Below are positions 1-9,130 of a DNA stretch of 64,000 bases, piece after piece (the first letter of the stretch is position 1; every line of letters begins with the position of its first letter). The notes beneath the pieces are model-generated. The model was given only the letters and a program-made list of their open reading frames with translations, was not told where the DNA came from and made no database searches. Source of the stretch: a virus (lineage: Duplodnaviria; Heunggongvirae; Uroviricota; Caudoviricetes); IMG/VR virus record IMGVR_UViG_2690315748_000001, positions 60,652-124,651 of that record. One strand, written 5' to 3'. The translations under genes and the position numbers were made by a program.

Positions 1-2
1 AG

Positions 3-1091
3 ACTGGCGAAATTACGAGAATCTTTCCTGACGATCTGAAAACTTTTGATGAAATTCCAGTAGGCAATTACAAGGTTGGTTTCCACCCAATGATGGGGTT
101 CTTCTTGGAAGATGCTGATTCCTTCAATGTGAATGAGAAACCTTATGGAAAGCATCCTGACAAAATCGAAAAAGTTATTAGACTTTACAACAACATTGAG
201 CGTAGTGTAGGTGTGATTCTGAGCGGCAGAAAAGGTATGGGCAAATCTATGTTTGCCCGACTCCTTTCAGCTAATTTTGCTGAGACACACAACATGCCAA
301 CGATCATTGTGACCGAAGCATACCCCGGAATTGTTGATTTCATTGAGTCGATTAAGCAAGAGTGTGTTGTTATGTTCGATGAGTTTGAGAAAGTGTTTGA
401 CAATTCTGATAAGAAAGAACCACAAGATAAGCTGCTTAGTTTATTCGATGGACTTTCTCAAACTAAACGCCTGTACGTGGTCACCGTCAACGAGATCAGA
501 CGAGTCAATCAATATATGATCAATCGTCCTGGGCGTTTCCACTATCATTTACAATTCAATTACCCATCTGCTGAGGAAATTGAAATGTACCTGATAGATA
601 AGCTGAGTCCCGAGTATCACAACCAGATCAGCCTTGTTCAGCGCTTCGCTAATCGTTTCGATCTGAACTATGATTCACTAAGAGCAATTGCATTCGAGCT
701 GAATCTTGGATATGGATTCTTAGAAACGATGGAAGATTTGAACATCTCTTCGTCAGAAAATGAAGCTGCTAAATACAATGTGGCTATTCATCACAGCAAT
801 GGAGTTATTGCTAATGCAGAAGTCAATCTTAATTTGCTAAGCTCTCAGACTTCGATTAGATACAGCACTCCTACATCGGAATATGGATACATTGAATTTT
901 CTCCACTTGAAATTGAAATCCAAAGCAAAGAGTCATTTACAGCGCATGCCGATCAAGTACCTATGACAGTAATGTTTGATGAAGAAAATGAAACCATTAC
1001 TGATGAAAATGGAATCAAAGTCGAAAAACTTGTGTTCGCTAAGAAGTACACAACAGTACAATATGGCAAGGAATTTAAAGATTTGGCATAA
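3..1091 (+). CDS. AAA+ family ATPase, 5' partial (reading frame open to window start)
   Basis: Walker A GRKGMGKS, Walker B VVMFDEFE, NRPGRF sensor-like motif; no in-frame stop between position 3 and the ATG at 90. Confidence 0.55.
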   Translation, partial: TGEITRIFPDDLKTFDEIPVGNYKVGFHPMMGFFLEDADSFNVNEKPYGKHPDKIEKVIRLYNNIERSVGVILSGRKGMGKSMFARLLSANFAETHNMPTIIVTEAYPGIVDFIESIKQECVVMFDEFEKVFDNSDKKEPQDKLLSLFDGLSQTKRLYVVTVNEIRRVNQYMINRPGRFHYHLQFNYPSAEEIEMYLIDKLSPEYHNQISLVQRFANRFDLNYDSLRAIAFELNLGYGFLETMEDLNISSSENEAAKYNVAIHHSNGVIANAEVNLNLLSSQTSIRYSTPTSEYGYIEFSPLEIEIQSKESFTAHADQVPMTVMFDEENETITDENGIKVEKLVFAKKYTTVQYGKEFKDLA

Positions 1092-1152
1092 AGTCAATGA
1101 TGTTGATTGTCTACTCCAACCAGCTAGATGTTGATTGGAGTAGACAATCAAA

Positions 1153-1368
1153 ATGGAGGACAAGGCAATGAAATTTGAGTTGAACAATGTAGAGATCGAA
1201 AATTTAAAGCGATTCGATAACGAACACGAATGTATGAACAAGTATGCAGGAGCAATTGGAGGTCGTTTGAGTTTCGTGTTTACTCCAACATCAATTGGAA
1301 GTATGGTAGAGGTCAAGTGCAATATCTGTAAGCGAGTTGAAGATATTACTGATTACGATTGTTTCTAA
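1153..1368 (+). CDS. hypothetical small Cys-containing protein
   Basis: ORF preceded by GGAGGA RBS (aaatggaggacaaggcaatg); CxxC-like pair CNICK near C-terminus. Confidence 0.4.
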   Translation: MEDKAMKFELNNVEIENLKRFDNEHECMNKYAGAIGGRLSFVFTPTSIGSMVEVKCNICKRVEDITDYDCF

Positions 1369-1395
1369 TTAAACATTAAGAATGGAGACACTAAA

Positions 1396-1659
1396 TTGGA
1401 TGTGGGTAGAGGTTGTTTGATATCAGATAAATGGATACCCAAGGGAATATACACAGGAGTTGAAGACCTGAATGGAAAGTCTATTATGACCTCAGACAAG
1501 ATAACATTAACAGGATGTTCTTCTAGGTTTGCTTACGTGGGAAAAGATATGGATGGACTCTTCGTTCTATACTTTGGAAGCAATAGCGGCTCAGTGGCGT
1601 GGGACTTAAACGAAAAAGTTGTACAGAAAAATAAAGTAAGAGTTGTAGAACAAGTCTAA
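1396..1659 (+). CDS. hypothetical protein
   Basis: ORF in dense same-strand array, RBS-like aatggagaca upstream. Confidence 0.35.
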   Translation: MDVGRGCLISDKWIPKGIYTGVEDLNGKSIMTSDKITLTGCSSRFAYVGKDMDGLFVLYFGSNSGSVAWDLNEKVVQKNKVRVVEQV

Positions 1660-1697
1660 ACAAAATGAATCTTCTATTTAGAGTGAGAGTGGTTACA

Positions 1698-1928
1698 ATG
1701 AAAGTTGAACTAATTAGCTGTGATGATTGGGAAGCTTTATATGTTGATGGAAGGAAAATTGTAGAGAATCACAGTCTTTCTGCTTGGCATGTACTTAACG
1801 CATTAGCGAAATCTGGTGTTATTTCAGAGCTTAGTACACTTGACGTTGAACATTTGAGAGATGAAGATAGTGAATCCGTTATTTTTTATGAAGATTCATC
1901 ATTTTTTCACCTAAGCAAGACTAAATAA
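1698..1928 (+). CDS. hypothetical protein
   Basis: ORF; start moved to ATG 1698 which has RBS gagagtgg 6-8 nt upstream (track start 1665 lacks RBS). Confidence 0.4.
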   Translation: MKVELISCDDWEALYVDGRKIVENHSLSAWHVLNALAKSGVISELSTLDVEHLRDEDSESVIFYEDSSFFHLSKTK

Positions 1929-1956
1929 AATACGTGTTCCATTTAGAATTAGGAGG
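1919..1956 (+). repeat. Second repeated intergenic element, copy 1 (gactaaataaaa-N6-TTCCATTTAGAATTAGGAGG)
   Basis: Copies at 1919, 24765, 39554, 61241. Confidence 0.65.
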
Positions 1957-1962
1957 ATGAAA

Positions 1963-2220
1963 ATGAAGGTAGATGTGATGGAAGCGCAGGTAGAATTATC
2001 ACTATATGCTGGAGATGTTGTTGTATTTGGAACTGAACCTTATATATTAATGGAAGTAGCAAATAAATCTGGCGAGTATGAATTGCGCTCATTCAATGGG
2101 GTTTCAGGGGCTTGCGGACGTTGTTCACTCGAAGAGATAAGAGATTATGTAATCGAAAGAAAAGCAAAAGTCTATAGTTCTAACACACATAAACTTATAC
2201 TGAAATCTAAAGTCAATTAA
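1963..2220 (+). CDS. hypothetical protein
   Basis: ORF; AGGAGG at 1951-1956, second ATG at 1963 has better spacing than 1957. Confidence 0.4.
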   Translation: MKVDVMEAQVELSLYAGDVVVFGTEPYILMEVANKSGEYELRSFNGVSGACGRCSLEEIRDYVIERKAKVYSSNTHKLILKSKVN

Positions 2221-2275
2221 GGAGATAGCATATGGAAAAGTATCTGATCGAAATGCCGAAGAAAGTAGTGATAAA

Positions 2276-2920
2276 ATGATACAATGGAAACTAAGCACTG
2301 TAAATCGAAAGCTGAACGAGGAAAAAGAAAAACTCATTAACATTCTTCCATCTCACTTGAGAGAAGAGTTTAATAAAGAAGCATACATTTCTGGTGGATG
2401 TATCTATAGCTTGTACAACTACAAGGAGCCTAAAGACTACGATTTCTTTGTACACAATGAATCTTTCGCTTTAAGTCTGAGGGAATTTTTTATGAGCTTA
2501 GTGATCAACGACGAAGATGATCCAAAAGAGAAAAACATATACGTTGTCCATTATGGTGGAGAGCGAATTGTCATTACGAAGAACGCAATCTCAATAGGTA
2601 AGAAATATCAGATCATCACGAAGTTTTTCGGTACTCCAGCAGAGGTTGTGAATGAGTTTGATTTTAAGCACAATATGTTCTATCACCAAAACGATAATAT
2701 CGAAACTCTAAGCGATTGGGATTTCTTGGATAGCGAGTCCCTTGTATATAACGAACAAAGGGCTAGGGATATATCTGGAACGATCATAAGGGTTCATAGA
2801 TTCTGTGAGCGAGGGATGACAATCACCAATGCTGAGGTGTGCAAGATGCTTCGTAAACTTCGTGAAATCGGATTTACCGAAAGAGAAAACGAAATTATAG
2901 AGAACGTTGGTTCTTATTAA
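2276..2920 (+). CDS. hypothetical protein (214 aa)
   Basis: Long ORF, same-strand array; no recognisable motif. Confidence 0.45.
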   Translation: MIQWKLSTVNRKLNEEKEKLINILPSHLREEFNKEAYISGGCIYSLYNYKEPKDYDFFVHNESFALSLREFFMSLVINDEDDPKEKNIYVVHYGGERIVITKNAISIGKKYQIITKFFGTPAEVVNEFDFKHNMFYHQNDNIETLSDWDFLDSESLVYNEQRARDISGTIIRVHRFCERGMTITNAEVCKMLRKLREIGFTERENEIIENVGSY

Positions 2921-2963
2921 TCTTAAATCTATAAAAAAAATAAATTTTAGGAGATGTTGTTTA

Positions 2964-3464
2964 ATGAGTAAATTCGTAGAAGGTCAAAAAGTAATGGTTC
3001 GTGAAGATTTAGAGAGTGGAAGAAATTATAATGACCTATACTTCGCAGAGAGTATGGAAAAATACAGAGGGAAAGAATTTGAAGTATTAACGGTTAATTG
3101 CGATGATTATATTCTAAGTGGAGACGATGAAGTGGTAGATTGGTACTTTAACGATGAAATGCTAGTCGAAGCAATTCCTGCACCTCCTGCGCTTCCTACT
3201 AAGGTTCTGGAGCTTGGGCAAATCGCTAAACTGGAGATTTATGTTGAACGAGTAATTGTGAATGATCCTGCTACAATTATGTTCTATCGTGTGGCTAACT
3301 TTGATGAAAAAACCAGTGAGTTTATTTCTTGGAGTGACACTAAGAAGGTTGTTGCGAAGGTGAACAAAGATATCGGAGACACGTTTGAAGTTGGAGCTGG
3401 TGTTAATGTTGCATTGCTGAAAGCATACCGCAAGGAGATTGACAAACAGCTACGCAAATTTTAA
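2964..3464 (+). CDS. hypothetical protein
   Basis: ORF; ATG 2964 preceded by ttaggagatg RBS; track start 2907 lies in A-rich intergenic DNA. Confidence 0.45.
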   Translation: MSKFVEGQKVMVREDLESGRNYNDLYFAESMEKYRGKEFEVLTVNCDDYILSGDDEVVDWYFNDEMLVEAIPAPPALPTKVLELGQIAKLEIYVERVIVNDPATIMFYRVANFDEKTSEFISWSDTKKVVAKVNKDIGDTFEVGAGVNVALLKAYRKEIDKQLRKF

Positions 3465-3498
3465 TTGACAGATGTAATTTTAACTAGGGGCGTGTCAA

Positions 3499-3675
3499 AT
3501 GATAAAGTACGAAATGGAAGACGGTAATAACAGTGCTAATATATTTCTCGTTGATGACGAGTTTAACATAAAGATTTTGGTAGCTGTAGTCTTTGACAGG
3601 GCGCATTCCAGAATTATTGTGCGCAAGTTGAATGAGTACATCGTATCTAATCCAGTGAGGACGACTGAGAACTAG
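3499..3675 (+). CDS. hypothetical small protein (58 aa), not in ORF track
   Basis: ATG 3499 preceded by GGGGCGTG RBS-like leader (same leader seen at 12869); ends just before repeated motif at 3681; more plausible than overlapping minus ORF 3484..3717. Confidence 0.3.
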   Translation: MIKYEMEDGNNSANIFLVDDEFNIKILVAVVFDRAHSRIIVRKLNEYIVSNPVRTTEN

Positions 3676-3680
3676 CCAAT

Positions 3681-3724
3681 GAGCCGAAGAAAGTATTGAC
3701 AGTGAGAGGGTTAACATCTATAAT
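3681..3724 (+). promoter_or_regulatory. Repeated motif copy (gagccgaagaaagtat) immediately followed by TTGACA(3696)-17 nt-TATAAT(3719) promoter upstream of Pnkp-like gene
   Basis: Read directly: gagccgaagaaagtaTTGACAgtgagagggttaacatcTATAAT. Confidence 0.6.
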
Positions 3725-3787
3725 GAGAATATAGATGTTAACCTTTTAATTATTTAAAAGAGTTTTAAACATACAAAACATTAGGAG

Positions 3788-6169
3788 ATGATTATTATTC
3801 GTAATTTGGTTCTTTTGCGTGGCGCAATGGGAGCAGGGAAATCATTTTTCATCAAAAAAAACAAGCTGGAACAGTTTGTACTGAGTGCAGATGCAATTCG
3901 CTTGCTTTTCCAAACGCCTGTAATGACTGAATCAGGCAAGTTTTCAATCAACTCAAGAAATGATGGGAAAGTGTGGAAGTTGTTGTTTGAACTTCTCGAA
4001 GAACGTATGAAACGTGGAGAGTTCACGATTATCGACGCTACACACGCTAAACAGGAAATGATTTCACAGTATAAGGATTTAGCACAGAAGTATCGTTATC
4101 GTGTTCATGTGGTTGATTTCTCTGACATTCCTCTGGAAACACTTTTGCTCCAGAACAGAATGAGAGACGAACACAAACATGTTCCTGAACATGTTATCAT
4201 GAATGTTCATGAACGTATGCAAACAGAGCATGTTCCAAAATGGGTTAATGTAATCAAGCCCGAAGAGTTTCATGATACAGTTCAGTTTGAACAAACGATT
4301 TACGAAAACTATGATTACATTCATCATTTTGGAGACATTCATGGAAGTTATGAAGCACTTATGGAGTACTTTGCGAAGACTGGACACGCTTTCTGCCAAG
4401 ATACAGGGTATCCGATTCTAAAGGAAAATGAACTGTATATCTTTGTAGGTGATATCACTGACAGAGGCACACAGAACGCAGAAGTATTAAATTTCTTTCT
4501 AAGTATCTACGCTCTTAAAAATGTTGTAATTCTCGAAGGAAATCATGAAATTCATTTATGGAACTGGGCGAATGACGAAGATGTTCGTAGCAAAGAGTTC
4601 ATCGACTTTACTCAACCACAACTTGAAAAGCCATTCAAGTATTTGATACCAGTTGATGTTGAATTTATTGATGAACTAGAAGAAAAATTGGATGAAGATA
4701 AATTGAAGGAATACAAGAAAGAAGTACGCCAATTCTATCGCAGACTTCGCCAAGTTGTTTGTTATAAGGCTCATGGTAAGGAAGTTGTTGTTACGCATGG
4801 TGGGCTTTCCAAAATGCCCGATAATCTTATGTATCTTGCCACAGAACAACTCATCAAAGGTGTAGGTGACTACGAGGTAGATATCGACAATGCTTGGGAC
4901 AACAATCTTCCATACATTTATGGTGAGTGCATTTACGCAACAGGTGGAGATGGGCTAAAAATTCCTTACGCTTTAGAAGTGTCAAAGAAAGTAGAGTTGT
5001 ATCAAATTCATGGTCATCGCAACATTTTCCGACTGCCTGTACAAGCAGGAAAGTACAGTTTTAACCTTGAAGGACAGGTTGAGTTCGGTGGTCATCTACG
5101 TGTGGTTGCATTAGATGCAGAGGGATTTCATGCGACAGAAGTAAAGAATAACAACTTCAAGATTCGCAAGGGTGTTGTTCCTAAACATATTGACGAGACA
5201 GATACGAGCATTGATCAGCTTATCGCATACATGTCTAATCATGAAATGATTGAAGAGAAGGACTTGGGTGGAAATATCTACTCATACAACTTTACTCGGA
5301 AGGCATTTAAGGATAAAGTTTGGGATGATATCAACGTGAAGGCAAGAGGTTTGTTTATTAACAAGAACACCAAAGAGATCGTTTCTCGATCATACAACAA
5401 GTTCTTCAATGTAAACGAACGCTCTTTCACGAAGATCAATGCGCTTGCCGACAATATGGTATTCCCTGTGCAAGTCTACGACAAACCGAACGGATACCTT
5501 GGAATTGTGGGATATGATTCTGAAAGCGATGAGCTAGTGTTTAGTTCGAAGTCGTCAACTGGTGGAGAATTTGCAGGATGGTTCAAAGAATTGTTTATCG
5601 GTCAGTTTGGAAGTGTTCTGGAAGCGATCAAACAAGAGTTAAAGGACGAAAATATCGCTCTGGTCTTTGAGGTAATCAAAGTGAAAGAAGACCCACACAT
5701 CATTGAATATGCAGAAGACAAATTGGTGCTACTTGATCTGGTGAAACGTACTGTGAAATATGAAAAACTTCCATATGATGATGTAGTTCAATTCGCAAGA
5801 TTCTATGGTTTAGAGCATAAAAATCTCATGCACACATTTGACAATTGGACTGACTTTTATATCTGGTATCGTGATGTGACAAATGACTTTAGTATTGATT
5901 ACAATGAAGGATTTGTTATTGAGGACTCTGCTGGATTCATGACAAAGATCAAGCTTCCTTTCTATAGTTTCTGGAAGCAATTTAGAAACATTAAGGATTT
6001 GTTTGCTAAACGTCACGAGCATACAGTAAAAGGTGGAAGTCTGTACACACCATTGCACAATAGAGTGTTCAAGTGGATGAAGGGTCAAGACCGTCAATGG
6101 TTGAAGAGAACTGATATCATTACTATTCGCAAGGCATACTTACAGGAGCAGTCCAAAGAACTGTTATAG
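3788..6169 (+). CDS. pnkp: Three-domain polynucleotide kinase / 2',3'-phosphoesterase / RNA-ligase-like nucleotidyltransferase (bacterial Pnkp-type RNA repair enzyme)
   Basis: N-term P-loop LRGAMGAGKSF (PNK-type kinase); central calcineurin-like metallophosphoesterase motifs GDIHG, GDITDRG, GNHE; C-term ligase-type motifs KARG (motif I, KxxG variant), EGFVIED (IV), MTKIKLP (V, KxK). Confidence 0.7.
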   Translation: MIIIRNLVLLRGAMGAGKSFFIKKNKLEQFVLSADAIRLLFQTPVMTESGKFSINSRNDGKVWKLLFELLEERMKRGEFTIIDATHAKQEMISQYKDLAQKYRYRVHVVDFSDIPLETLLLQNRMRDEHKHVPEHVIMNVHERMQTEHVPKWVNVIKPEEFHDTVQFEQTIYENYDYIHHFGDIHGSYEALMEYFAKTGHAFCQDTGYPILKENELYIFVGDITDRGTQNAEVLNFFLSIYALKNVVILEGNHEIHLWNWANDEDVRSKEFIDFTQPQLEKPFKYLIPVDVEFIDELEEKLDEDKLKEYKKEVRQFYRRLRQVVCYKAHGKEVVVTHGGLSKMPDNLMYLATEQLIKGVGDYEVDIDNAWDNNLPYIYGECIYATGGDGLKIPYALEVSKKVELYQIHGHRNIFRLPVQAGKYSFNLEGQVEFGGHLRVVALDAEGFHATEVKNNNFKIRKGVVPKHIDETDTSIDQLIAYMSNHEMIEEKDLGGNIYSYNFTRKAFKDKVWDDINVKARGLFINKNTKEIVSRSYNKFFNVNERSFTKINALADNMVFPVQVYDKPNGYLGIVGYDSESDELVFSSKSSTGGEFAGWFKELFIGQFGSVLEAIKQELKDENIALVFEVIKVKEDPHIIEYAEDKLVLLDLVKRTVKYEKLPYDDVVQFARFYGLEHKNLMHTFDNWTDFYIWYRDVTNDFSIDYNEGFVIEDSAGFMTKIKLPFYSFWKQFRNIKDLFAKRHEHTVKGGSLYTPLHNRVFKWMKGQDRQWLKRTDIITIRKAYLQEQSKELL

Positions 6170-6172
6170 CTA

Positions 6173-6190
6173 AGGAGCCGAAGAAAGTAT
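6173..6190 (+). repeat. Repeated motif copy aggagccgaagaaagtat
   Basis: Exact match to family consensus, intergenic downstream of 3788..6169. Confidence 0.7.
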
Positions 6191-6311
6191 TGATTAAAGT
6201 ATAATATTAAGATATAATGGATATAGAAAACATAAGCTGTGAAGAACAGCATCCTAACATGAGCGTGGTTGAGAGAAGATCGAGGTCATAGCAATCATTC
6301 ATTTAGGAGAG

Positions 6312-6899
6312 ATGTTCATGGCAATATTCTGTTTGATCGGTCAGTCTGCAAGTGGGAAGTCAACGGTGGAAAGGCAAATCGAATCATTGGGCTATCCAAG
6401 GATTATCTCATATACTACTCGCCCAATGCGCGAGAAAGAGAAAGATGGAGTCGATTATCACTTTATTAATTACCCCACTTTTACTGAACTGAACGAGTCT
6501 GGATTCTTTGCAGAGAGAGCGCAATACCGCGACTGGCATTATGGGTTGTCTCTGAAAGGTATCGACTACTTGAATAAGAATTACATTGTCGTTGTTACGA
6601 TCCATGGATACGAAGAACTTGTTCGTGTCGTTGGTCAAGAAAATGTAATTGGAATCCATATCAAGGCTGATGAACGAGAGAGAATGATTCGCCAGTTAAA
6701 TCGTGGTGATGATGTAGATGAAGTAATCAGACGCATCCACACCGACAGAGTTGATTTTGCAGGAGTAGAAGATATCTGTCAACATACTGTCGAGAATAGA
6801 CATTTCGATATGACAGTTGATGAAGTGATGGATATTATTTATTTCCAAGGAGCCGAAGAAAGTACTAAGGAGGACTGTTTATGGCTGAACGATATGTGA
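6312..6899 (+). CDS. Guanylate kinase-family nucleoside monophosphate kinase (probable dNMP kinase)
   Basis: P-loop GQSASGKST and TTRPMREKEKDGVDYHF, the guanylate kinase signature. Confidence 0.6.
   Translation: MFMAIFCLIGQSASGKSTVERQIESLGYPRIISYTTRPMREKEKDGVDYHFINYPTFTELNESGFFAERAQYRDWHYGLSLKGIDYLNKNYIVVVTIHGYEELVRVVGQENVIGIHIKADERERMIRQLNRGDDVDEVIRRIHTDRVDFAGVEDICQHTVENRHFDMTVDEVMDIIYFQGAEESTKEDCLWLNDM
6848..6866 (+). repeat. Repeated motif copy aggagccgaagaaagtact (no promoter hexamers; abuts RBS of 6881 gene, lies inside 3' end of 6312..6899)
   Basis: Exact match to family consensus. Confidence 0.7.
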
Positions 6900-7501
6900 A
6901 ATGTCAGTTCTGTGAACAGACAGTCCCTTACAAAGAAAGAGACACCTTAGCCAAAGAAGAGGTTAGGGTGTCCAACAAGGGAAAGACAGCGAACAAGTAC
7001 TGGCACAAAGAATGTTATCCGAAGGAATTGGCTAAACGAGAGTTTCTTTTGGATGAGCAAAAACAGAAGGATGAAATGTACGAAACAGTCAAGAAAATCT
7101 ACAGCATCAACTTCTCTCCCTCTAAAAGTTGGTGGGAGATGATCGCAGATTTGCGAGAGGGAACCAACAGATATCAGAAGTTCTGGAAAAAGCGTTATAA
7201 GCAGGGCGTACCATACAACGTTATCAGAGAAGCCTTTCTTTTAAGCGTGCAAGATATTGAATGGGCGCGAATGAGTAAGAACTTCAAGTCACTAGAACAG
7301 GAAATGCGCTATGGTTTGATGATTATGCAAGGCAAAGTGAATGATGCTTTCCGCAAAATGAAAACGCGAGAGCAACAATCCAAAATCAACGAAGCAATGG
7401 AACAAGTCCACATCGAAGACATGAAGGACAATCGGGAAGTGTCATTCAAGAAGAAACAACAAGAGAATAGAGACTACAGCTATCTTCTTGGAAATGACTA
7501 A
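6881..7501 (+). CDS. hypothetical protein with N-terminal Cys cluster (CQFCEQ ... HKECYPKE)
   Basis: ORF with AGGAGG RBS; possible zinc-binding N-terminus. Confidence 0.45.
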   Translation: MAERYVKCQFCEQTVPYKERDTLAKEEVRVSNKGKTANKYWHKECYPKELAKREFLLDEQKQKDEMYETVKKIYSINFSPSKSWWEMIADLREGTNRYQKFWKKRYKQGVPYNVIREAFLLSVQDIEWARMSKNFKSLEQEMRYGLMIMQGKVNDAFRKMKTREQQSKINEAMEQVHIEDMKDNREVSFKKKQQENRDYSYLLGND

Positions 7502-7513
7502 GGGGTTGATTGT

Positions 7514-9103
7514 TTGAGCATTAAGCAATTGTCTACAGAGAGTTACAACAAGGAAGCAATGTTAGTGGGTATCCTTTGGAATAAACCTGACTTGTTCGAT
7601 GTTTATAACGAAGAGAAGCTTAATAAAAAAACATTTGGTAATGTGATTTGGGCTTTTTATATGGGGATTGCACGAAAACTCCATAAGGATGGCTACATGG
7701 TATTTGACGACATTACTGTTCAAGGCGTTGTAACTGAGCTAAAGCTTAACGAAAAGTTTGAAAAGTATGGTGGGTATTCCATCATTGAAGAGCTGATGGA
7801 AGAAACGAAGAATGCAACAGACAACTTCGAGGGTTATTATGACGAAGTAAAAAAGTACGCATTACTTCGTGAGTATTATCAACTATTCGGTGATAAGGTT
7901 GTCGAGAAAAAAGAAAATTACGATTATAAAACATTAAGTCGTAATGCAATCTCAATGTACTGGAACGATAAATTAAATAGTGTTGACATTGAACACAACG
8001 AGACAAGCATTGTCGCTTACAACCTGTTGGCTAATCTCGACGATTTCATTAATAGGCTGGATATCAATCCTGACTTGGGTATGCCATTCTACAAGGGTAG
8101 AAAGCTTACAGACATTATCAATGGTTGGGCTTATGGGACGCTCAGTATCATCGGAGCATTTTCAGGTAATGGTAAATCGAGTTTTGTAATGGAAAAGCTG
8201 ATCATGTCCTGCATCAAGGAAAGTGAAAAGCTTGCGATTATTGCCAACGAGATGGACTTAGACCAGTATCAGAAGATGTTACTCATTACTGTCATGGGCG
8301 CGGAAATGTATGCCAAGTTTAAAGATTACTTTGAAGAAGATAAAATTCGATTTAATCGTAAATCTATCAATAAAGGTAATTTTACAGCAGCAGAAAAGAT
8401 GAAACTTCAAATGGCTGTCGATTGGGTCAAAGAGATGATCGGTGGAAACGACAGTCTGATTAAGCTGATTCCTCTTGAAGAGTACACGATGGATAATGTT
8501 GAGAAGGTTGTCAAGAAATTCGCTCGTCGTGGCTACAATCGTTGGATTGTTGATACAGCGAAACCATCTGAGGGTGGGCGTAAAGAGCGTTGGCAACAAT
8601 TCGTTGAGGACTTTGACAGACTGTACAAGCTGGCTCGCAAAGATGGTGGCGGTCTTAACTTGGCAATGATGGCGACAGTTCAACAAGCTGATAACTATGT
8701 CGGAAAATACTGGCTGAACGAACAGTGTCTTGCAGATGGTAAGAAGATTAAGAATGTTGCTGATCTTGTGTGGCATTTACGTCCTGTGCATCCACAGGAA
8801 TATCAAGGTGGAGCAAATGAGCTTGAAGTTATCAACTGGATTCGTAAGAGCGATGATATGTTCAACAACGATGAGGTAGATGATGATGTATCGTTCACAA
8901 CTGATGATGGCACTACGCTGATGAAGCAGAAGATCACATTAAAGCAAGGGAAAGTTTATTACTTACTATTCACCAGCAAGAATCGTCGCGGTATGACTAA
9001 CCTGACTGGTCTTGATGTTCTAGTGTTAGAGGTTGACTTTAACTCAAACAGATGGAAAGAGGTTGGCTGGTGTAAGAATGTTAAGCGTGACGATTTTATG
9101 TAG
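7514..9103 (+). CDS. DnaB-like replicative DNA helicase
   Basis: TTG start; Walker A GAFSGNGKSSF, RecA-like core, about 530 aa with N-terminal DnaB-like helical domain. Confidence 0.7.
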   Translation: MSIKQLSTESYNKEAMLVGILWNKPDLFDVYNEEKLNKKTFGNVIWAFYMGIARKLHKDGYMVFDDITVQGVVTELKLNEKFEKYGGYSIIEELMEETKNATDNFEGYYDEVKKYALLREYYQLFGDKVVEKKENYDYKTLSRNAISMYWNDKLNSVDIEHNETSIVAYNLLANLDDFINRLDINPDLGMPFYKGRKLTDIINGWAYGTLSIIGAFSGNGKSSFVMEKLIMSCIKESEKLAIIANEMDLDQYQKMLLITVMGAEMYAKFKDYFEEDKIRFNRKSINKGNFTAAEKMKLQMAVDWVKEMIGGNDSLIKLIPLEEYTMDNVEKVVKKFARRGYNRWIVDTAKPSEGGRKERWQQFVEDFDRLYKLARKDGGGLNLAMMATVQQADNYVGKYWLNEQCLADGKKIKNVADLVWHLRPVHPQEYQGGANELEVINWIRKSDDMFNNDEVDDDVSFTTDDGTTLMKQKITLKQGKVYYLLFTSKNRRGMTNLTGLDVLVLEVDFNSNRWKEVGWCKNVKRDDFM

Positions 9104-9130
9104 AATGCCAAAAAGTATGGTGATAAAAAA

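Noticed and set aside
3484-3717. Minus-strand 77-aa ORF in the intergenic region before the Pnkp gene
   Set aside because: No RBS. A plus-strand 58-aa ORF (3499..3675) with a GGGG-rich RBS and the downstream repeat-plus-promoter architecture fits the local organisation better.
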